DNA of 63,204 bases from the NCBI GenBank assembly GCA_964494385.1, contig CAZBSE010000006.1, forward strand, positions 1 to 63,204, written 5' to 3'. The position numbers and the translations under genes are program-made. Source of the DNA: an uncultured Actinomycetota bacterium. GTDB taxonomy: Bacteria; Actinomycetota; Humimicrobiia; Humimicrobiales; Humimicrobiaceae. The notes below the pieces were generated by a model. The model had not been told where the DNA came from. It saw only the letters and a program-made list of their open reading frames with translations, and searched no databases. Position 1 is the first letter of the stretch, and each line of letters opens with the position of its first letter. Shown in pieces: positions 58,548-63,204 of the stretch.

Positions 58548-59549
58548 TTATTCTTCTTCCTTTTTTATCCAGGTCATCATTTTTCTTAGTTTTTTACCTA
58601 CTTCTTCTATAAGGTGGTTCTCTTCCTTTTTTTTGATAGCATTATAAACAGGTCTGCCGGACTGATTTTCAAGTATCCATTCTCTTGCAAAACTACCGTC
58701 CTGTATATCTTTCAATATTTTTTTCATATTTTTTCTGGTCTCATCAGTAATAATCTTTTTGCCTTTTACCATGTCGCCATATTCCGCAGTATCACTTATT
58801 GAATATCTCATCCATGATATTCCGCCTTCGTATATAAGATCTACTATTAATTTTAGTTCACTCAGGACCTCAAAATACGCTATTTCAGGTTGATATCCGG
58901 CTTCTACCAGGGTATCAAAACCGGCTCTTATAAGTTCTGTTGTCCCTCCGCAAAGAACCGCCTGTTCTCCGAATAAGTCTGTTTCCGTTTCCTCCTTGAA
59001 AGTAGTGGTAATTATACCCACTCTCCCTGCACCTAAGGCTTTGGCATAAGCAAGACAATAATCTTTTGCTTTATTTGAATAATCCTGATATACGGCTATA
59101 ATTACTGGAACTCCACTGTTTTCTTCATACATCCTTCTTACAATATGCCCCGGTCCCTTGGGGGCAATCATTATAACATCAATATCATTCCTGGGGATTA
59201 TTTGATTATAATGTATATTAAAACCGTGAGCAAAGCAGAGGACATTGCCTTTCTGTAAATTTGGTTCTATGTAATTATAATAAATATTCTTTTGCAGAGT
59301 ATCAGGGGTAAGAAACATTATAACATCTGCCATTTTGGAAGCAGTACCGGCAGGATATACCTTAAAGCCTTTTTCTGATGCTCTTTTCCATGGCTTGCTT
59401 CCTTCCAATTCGCCAACTATTACATCCATTCCGCTTTCTCTTAAATTCTGGGCATGAGCATGTCCCTGGCTGCCGTATCCGATTATAGCAATTTTTTTTC
59501 CTTTTAAGATTTTTATATCGATGTCTTTATCATAAAAAATTTCAACCAT
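58548..59549 (-). CDS. ilvC: Ketol-acid reductoisomerase
   Basis: '[11 protein letters not shown]', 'FAHGFNI', 'APKGPG', '[10 protein letters not shown]', 'SDTAEYG'. Confidence 0.97.
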   Translation of the reverse strand: MVEIFYDKDIDIKILKGKKIAIIGYGSQGHAHAQNLRESGMDVIVGELEGSKPWKRASEKGFKVYPAGTASKMADVIMFLTPDTLQKNIYYNYIEPNLQKGNVLCFAHGFNIHYNQIIPRNDIDVIMIAPKGPGHIVRRMYEENSGVPVIIAVYQDYSNKAKDYCLAYAKALGAGRVGIITTTFKEETETDLFGEQAVLCGGTTELIRAGFDTLVEAGYQPEIAYFEVLSELKLIVDLIYEGGISWMRYSISDTAEYGDMVKGKKIITDETRKNMKKILKDIQDGSFAREWILENQSGRPVYNAIKKKEENHLIEEVGKKLRKMMTWIKKEEE

Positions 59550-59688
59550 CGTTCCTCCTTTATATATTTATTACATAGAATATTTAAATTTAAATAGGAG
59601 ACTCTATAAATGATTTATGAATATCATTTTAACAAATTATTTAAAAAAGTTATATAGAATTTAAACTTAAATAATCAATAAATTTTTA

Positions 59689-59737
59689 TTGACACAAACA
59701 TATGTTCGGTAGTATTATATAAGCAAACATATGTTTG
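59689..59737 (+). promoter_or_regulatory. Promoter with two LexA (SOS) boxes
   Basis: TTGACA-18 bp-TATTAT; CAAAC-ATAT-GTTCG (59695-59708) and CAAAC-ATAT-GTTTG (59724-59737). Confidence 0.8.
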
Positions 59738-59790
59738 TATATAAGAATAAATTAGAAAGTTTTATGCAATTTGTTGGGAGGGTTTAATAA

Positions 59791-60096
59791 TTGGAAATGT
59801 TTATGATAAATTTTAAAAAAATATTACTTTATATTCTCATAATTATAGTGTTTTTCTTAATTATTACGGCTTTTTACTGCAACAGGCATAAATTTAATGA
59901 AATGGACACAATGAGATATACGAAAATAGTAATTGATCATGGAACCAGCTTAAGTGAACTTGCTAATAAATATTCAAACAGCAGAACTAAAACAAAATTT
60001 TTAAGCGAAATTAAAAGAGTAAATGATGATATGGATACCTTGGATTATATACCTGGAAGTGCTACTATAATTATTCCAGTAATTGAAATTAAATAG
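59791..60096 (+). CDS. YneA/ChiZ-like SOS cell-division inhibitor (TM + LysM-like)
   Basis: 101 aa, N-terminal TM, LysM-like 'IVIDHGTSLSELANKY..EIKRVN..IIIP'; tandem SOS boxes; near lexA. Confidence 0.75.
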   Translation: MEMFMINFKKILLYILIIIVFFLIITAFYCNRHKFNEMDTMRYTKIVIDHGTSLSELANKYSNSRTKTKFLSEIKRVNDDMDTLDYIPGSATIIIPVIEIK

Positions 60097-60127
60097 TATT
60101 TATATAAAAAAATTTTATTTAAGGTAA

Positions 60128-60562
60128 ATGATAACCGTTAAAATAAAAGTGCTGGATAAATCAATTCCATTACCTCATTATGCTCATATAGGAGATGCCG
60201 GATTTGATCTTTTCAGTGCTGTTGATTGCAAGATAGCCCCTTTTGAAAGAAAAAAGATTCCCACAGGAATAAAAATTTCTATCCCGGATGGTTACGCCGG
60301 TTTTGTTCAGCCCAGATCGGGAATAGCTTTAAAGAATGGCATAAGTATGGTTAACGCCCCAGGTTTGATTGATTCCGGATATAGGGGAGAAATATGCGCT
60401 ATTCTTATAAATCTTGATCCACATAATGTTTTTAATATAAATAAAGGTGATAAAATCTGCCAGATGGTAATAAAAAAAATTGAAAAAATAGAATTGGAAG
60501 TTGTAAACGAATTGGATAGTACCAGCAGGGGAGAGAGCGGATTCGGAAGTACGGGTAAATAG
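60128..60562 (+). CDS. dut: dUTP diphosphatase
   Basis: 'GDAGFDL', 'QPRSG', 'GLIDSGYRGE', 'RGESGFGSTG'. Confidence 0.97.
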   Translation: MITVKIKVLDKSIPLPHYAHIGDAGFDLFSAVDCKIAPFERKKIPTGIKISIPDGYAGFVQPRSGIALKNGISMVNAPGLIDSGYRGEICAILINLDPHNVFNINKGDKICQMVIKKIEKIELEVVNELDSTSRGESGFGSTGK

Positions 60563-60778
60563 AAAATTTATTCTTCATTTTTAATCTTACAACACTTCTA
60601 GAAATTGTAATACAAAATATTACCTCTTTTTTATACTTATTTATATATAAATAAAAAAATTTTTTATGCTTACAATTTTTAGCGGCAAGTTGGATTTTAA
60701 AGACACAATTATTTCTTCACTAATGATATAATCTTTTTAAAAAAGACTATATTCTTTTTCGGAATCTGGTTAATAAAT

Positions 60779-60824
60779 TTAGTTATATAATTGAATTGAC
60801 TAACTGATATTTTATTTTTATAAT
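60779..60824 (+). promoter_or_regulatory. Sugar operon promoter with XylR(ROK)-like operator
   Basis: TTGACT(60796)-17 bp-TATAAT(60819); 25-bp TTAGTT-N13-GACTAA at 60779-60803 overlaps the -35. Confidence 0.55.
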
Positions 60825-60882
60825 AGTTATTAAACACTAAAGTCTATAAAATAAAAAATTTCTATTTAGCAGGAGGAGACAT

Positions 60883-61992
60883 ATGAAAGATATCATAGAC
60901 ATAAAATACCAGAGAATAAAAAGAAACAAAGAAGAATTAATAAAGCACCTGGACACATTTAATCTGGATCTTAAAATCTCCATAGGCATATGGTACTTTA
61001 CTCCGACGGGAGGGCGTTTCCATGAAGCTTATATAGATAATAAGGATATCCCTTCAAGGATAGAAATGGCCGCGGAAATGGTAAAATACGGGGTCAAGGC
61101 AATAGAGGCCCATTATCCCGCAGAAGCAAATGAAGAAAATTATCATCTTTATGAAAAACTTGAAAAAGAAACAGGAATAAAGCTGCTGAGCTGCTATCCT
61201 TCAATATTTTATCCCAAAGAATATGAATTCGGCTCACTTTCAAACCCACATGATAAATACAGGGACAAAGCGATAGAGACACTGGTAGGATGCTTAAAAT
61301 TCGTTAAAGACAGGGGCCTGCATCATGCGGGCATATGGCCGGGATCGGATGGCTATCTTTACTCTATGGGCACAAATTACTACGATATGTGGGATAGGTT
61401 CGAAGACGCAGTGGCCAGTGCCATGGATGAGGTTCCGGGGGTACCGGTTGCCATAGAACCAAAACCGTATGAACCTGCTCCGAATAATATTTACAGGACC
61501 ACCGCAGACGGACTGCTGGCCTGCCATGATATTGAATCAAAATTAAAATCCAGAGAAAACAGGGAACTGCTTGACAGGGGCTTAAAGCTTGTTGGAATGC
61601 AGCCCGAGATAGGGCATATCAGGATGGGATTCGAAGATGCTCCTTATGCATTCAGCAGAGCAACACGCGAGGGCAGATTATTCCATACCCACTGGAACAG
61701 CCAGCCCATGGGCAACTATGATCAGGACTTGAATGTCGGTGTTGTAGAATGGCATCAGGCAGAAGCTTCTCTTCTTGCATTAAAAATGGCGGGATATAAG
61801 GAATATTTCGGAATAGATATAAATCCCGAAAGAATGCCTGTACAGAAAGCCATTGAGATAAATTCCAAAGTATTAAATATTATGAATGAAAGGATTAACA
61901 ATCTGCCCCATAAAGAAATACTGGAGGCATATTATGATCCCGAGAATCATAGAGGAGGTATTGAATCGATACTTGCAGAAAGAATGAGATAA
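60883..61992 (+). CDS. Xylose isomerase-like TIM-barrel sugar isomerase
   Basis: 'GIWYF', 'IWPGSDG', 'IEPKPYEP', 'PEIGH', 'HWNSQ..NYDQD', 'GIDINP'; upstream of xylulokinase. Confidence 0.82.
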   Translation: MKDIIDIKYQRIKRNKEELIKHLDTFNLDLKISIGIWYFTPTGGRFHEAYIDNKDIPSRIEMAAEMVKYGVKAIEAHYPAEANEENYHLYEKLEKETGIKLLSCYPSIFYPKEYEFGSLSNPHDKYRDKAIETLVGCLKFVKDRGLHHAGIWPGSDGYLYSMGTNYYDMWDRFEDAVASAMDEVPGVPVAIEPKPYEPAPNNIYRTTADGLLACHDIESKLKSRENRELLDRGLKLVGMQPEIGHIRMGFEDAPYAFSRATREGRLFHTHWNSQPMGNYDQDLNVGVVEWHQAEASLLALKMAGYKEYFGIDINPERMPVQKAIEINSKVLNIMNERINNLPHKEILEAYYDPENHRGGIESILAERMR

Positions 61993-62051
61993 AAAAGATT
62001 TAAAACAAAAGGAAAACAGCAATTATAAAGGGGGTAGTAATTTTTAAAACT

Positions 62052-63204
62052 ATGAAATTTCTTCTAGGCCTTGATGTAGGGACAACTTCAACCAGAGCTC
62101 TGCTGATAGATGAAAACGGCAAGCTGGTATCTTCAAGCACCAGCGAATATGAGTTAATAACCCCCAAACCCGGATGGGCCGAGCAGATTCCGGATGATTG
62201 GTGGGCCGCTTCTGTAAAAACAATAAAAGAGGTCATTAAAAAATCAAATACTGCCCCTGAAGATATCGCATGCATCGGCCTGTCAGGACAGATGCATGGA
62301 AGTGTTTTTCTTAACAGCAGCGGGGATGTAATAAGACCTGCCATACTCTGGTGCGACCAGAGAACTTACAGGCAGTGTGAGACCATATATAAAATATTTG
62401 GCTACAGCGGTTTCATAAAACTATCATATAACAGGGCCCTCCCCGGATTTACCGCACCCAAGATACTGTGGCTGGCCGAAAATGAGCCGGAAAACTATAA
62501 AAAAGTATCAAAAATACTTCTGCCCAAAGATTTCATAAGATATAAGCTGTCAAATACTTATGCAACCGAGGTATCGGATGCATCAGGCACGGTTCTCATG
62601 GATATACCTTCCAGAAACTGGTCCGATGAAATCCTGGAAGGGCTGAAGATTGAAAAAAACCTTCTGCCCCAAGTTTTTGAATCCAGCGTAGTAACTGCAA
62701 AAGTCAGCGGTGAAGCGTCTGCTATTACCGGGCTGGCCGAAGGCACTCCCATAGTCGGAGGCGGCAGTGACAATGCAGCAGGAGCAGTTGGATCCGGCAT
62801 TGTGAAAAATGGCCTTATATCTGATTCAATAGGAACGTCGGGCGTGGTATTTGCCAGCAGTGACAGGCCCTTGTATGATCCGGAGGGAAGGGTCCATTCT
62901 TTCTGTCATGCCGTTTCAGGGAAGTGGCACCTTACGGGGGTAACGCTATCAGCTGCAGGATCACTCAGATGGTATTTTAACAAGTTCGGACCGACCGGAG
63001 ATATAAGAAAAGATTTCCCGGATATAGATGGATACGACTTACTGGACAGGCAGGCAGAGAGAGTGCCTGCGGGTTCGGACGGCCTCATATTCCTGCCGTA
63101 CCTGTCAGGTGAAAGAACACCTTATGCCGATCCTTATGCAAGGGGAATATTTTTTGGAATATCCTATCTGCACGGGCCCGACCATTTTGTAAGGTCAATT
63201 ATGG
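62052..63204 (+). CDS. xylB: Xylulokinase (FGGY family), truncated by the window end
   Basis: Not in the ORF track (no stop in window): MKFLLGLDVGTTSTRALL..PKPGWAEQ..GLSGQMHG..AILWCDQR..FTAPKILW..LLPKD..SDASGT..FLPYLSGERTP. Confidence 0.9.
   Translation, partial: MKFLLGLDVGTTSTRALLIDENGKLVSSSTSEYELITPKPGWAEQIPDDWWAASVKTIKEVIKKSNTAPEDIACIGLSGQMHGSVFLNSSGDVIRPAILWCDQRTYRQCETIYKIFGYSGFIKLSYNRALPGFTAPKILWLAENEPENYKKVSKILLPKDFIRYKLSNTYATEVSDASGTVLMDIPSRNWSDEILEGLKIEKNLLPQVFESSVVTAKVSGEASAITGLAEGTPIVGGGSDNAAGAVGSGIVKNGLISDSIGTSGVVFASSDRPLYDPEGRVHSFCHAVSGKWHLTGVTLSAAGSLRWYFNKFGPTGDIRKDFPDIDGYDLLDRQAERVPAGSDGLIFLPYLSGERTPYADPYARGIFFGISYLHGPDHFVRSIM

Noticed and set aside
1-63204. CRISPR array, transposases, prophage, selenoprotein readthrough
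   Set aside because: No regularly spaced repeats, mobile-element ORFs or in-frame TGA at redox active sites were found by eye.

Overview
AT-rich bacterial chromosomal segment made up mostly of housekeeping genes. It carries thrS-[radical SAM]-infC-rpmI-rplT-pheS-pheT, tRNA-Gly(GCC), argCJBDF-argR-argGH, tyrS, hypA, rny-[GHKL ATPase]-spoVS-miaB-miaA-dapF-dapL-hflX, lexA, ilvC, a YneA/ChiZ-like LysM protein, dut and the start of a xylose isomerase-like/xylB operon. Also present are redox genes, two GGDEF/HD-GYP proteins, two ABC systems, lnt, a U32 protein and a 4-PASTA class A PBP. The gene order and the GAAC-N4-GTTC type SOS boxes suggest a low-GC, anaerobic, deep-branching Actinomycetota or Bacillota-like organism; this is inference only. 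No CRISPR array, integrase or transposase was seen. Most notable observations: (1) a ~360-nt structured RNA between a promoter and rny, closed by an 18-bp G-U-containing helix, ending in a terminator and with a possible antiterminator; (2) an uncharacterised MutL-like GHKL ATPase coupled to rny in the slot ymdB occupies in Bacillus; (3) a LexA-boxed dnaE2-like + intact dinB cassette without imuA/imuB; (4) an L20-leader attenuator ahead of an infC whose strong SD does not point at an in-frame standard start; (5) tRNA-Glu 3'-end-like direct repeats flanking a redoxin gene. All structures and motifs were read by eye, with no folding or database searches.
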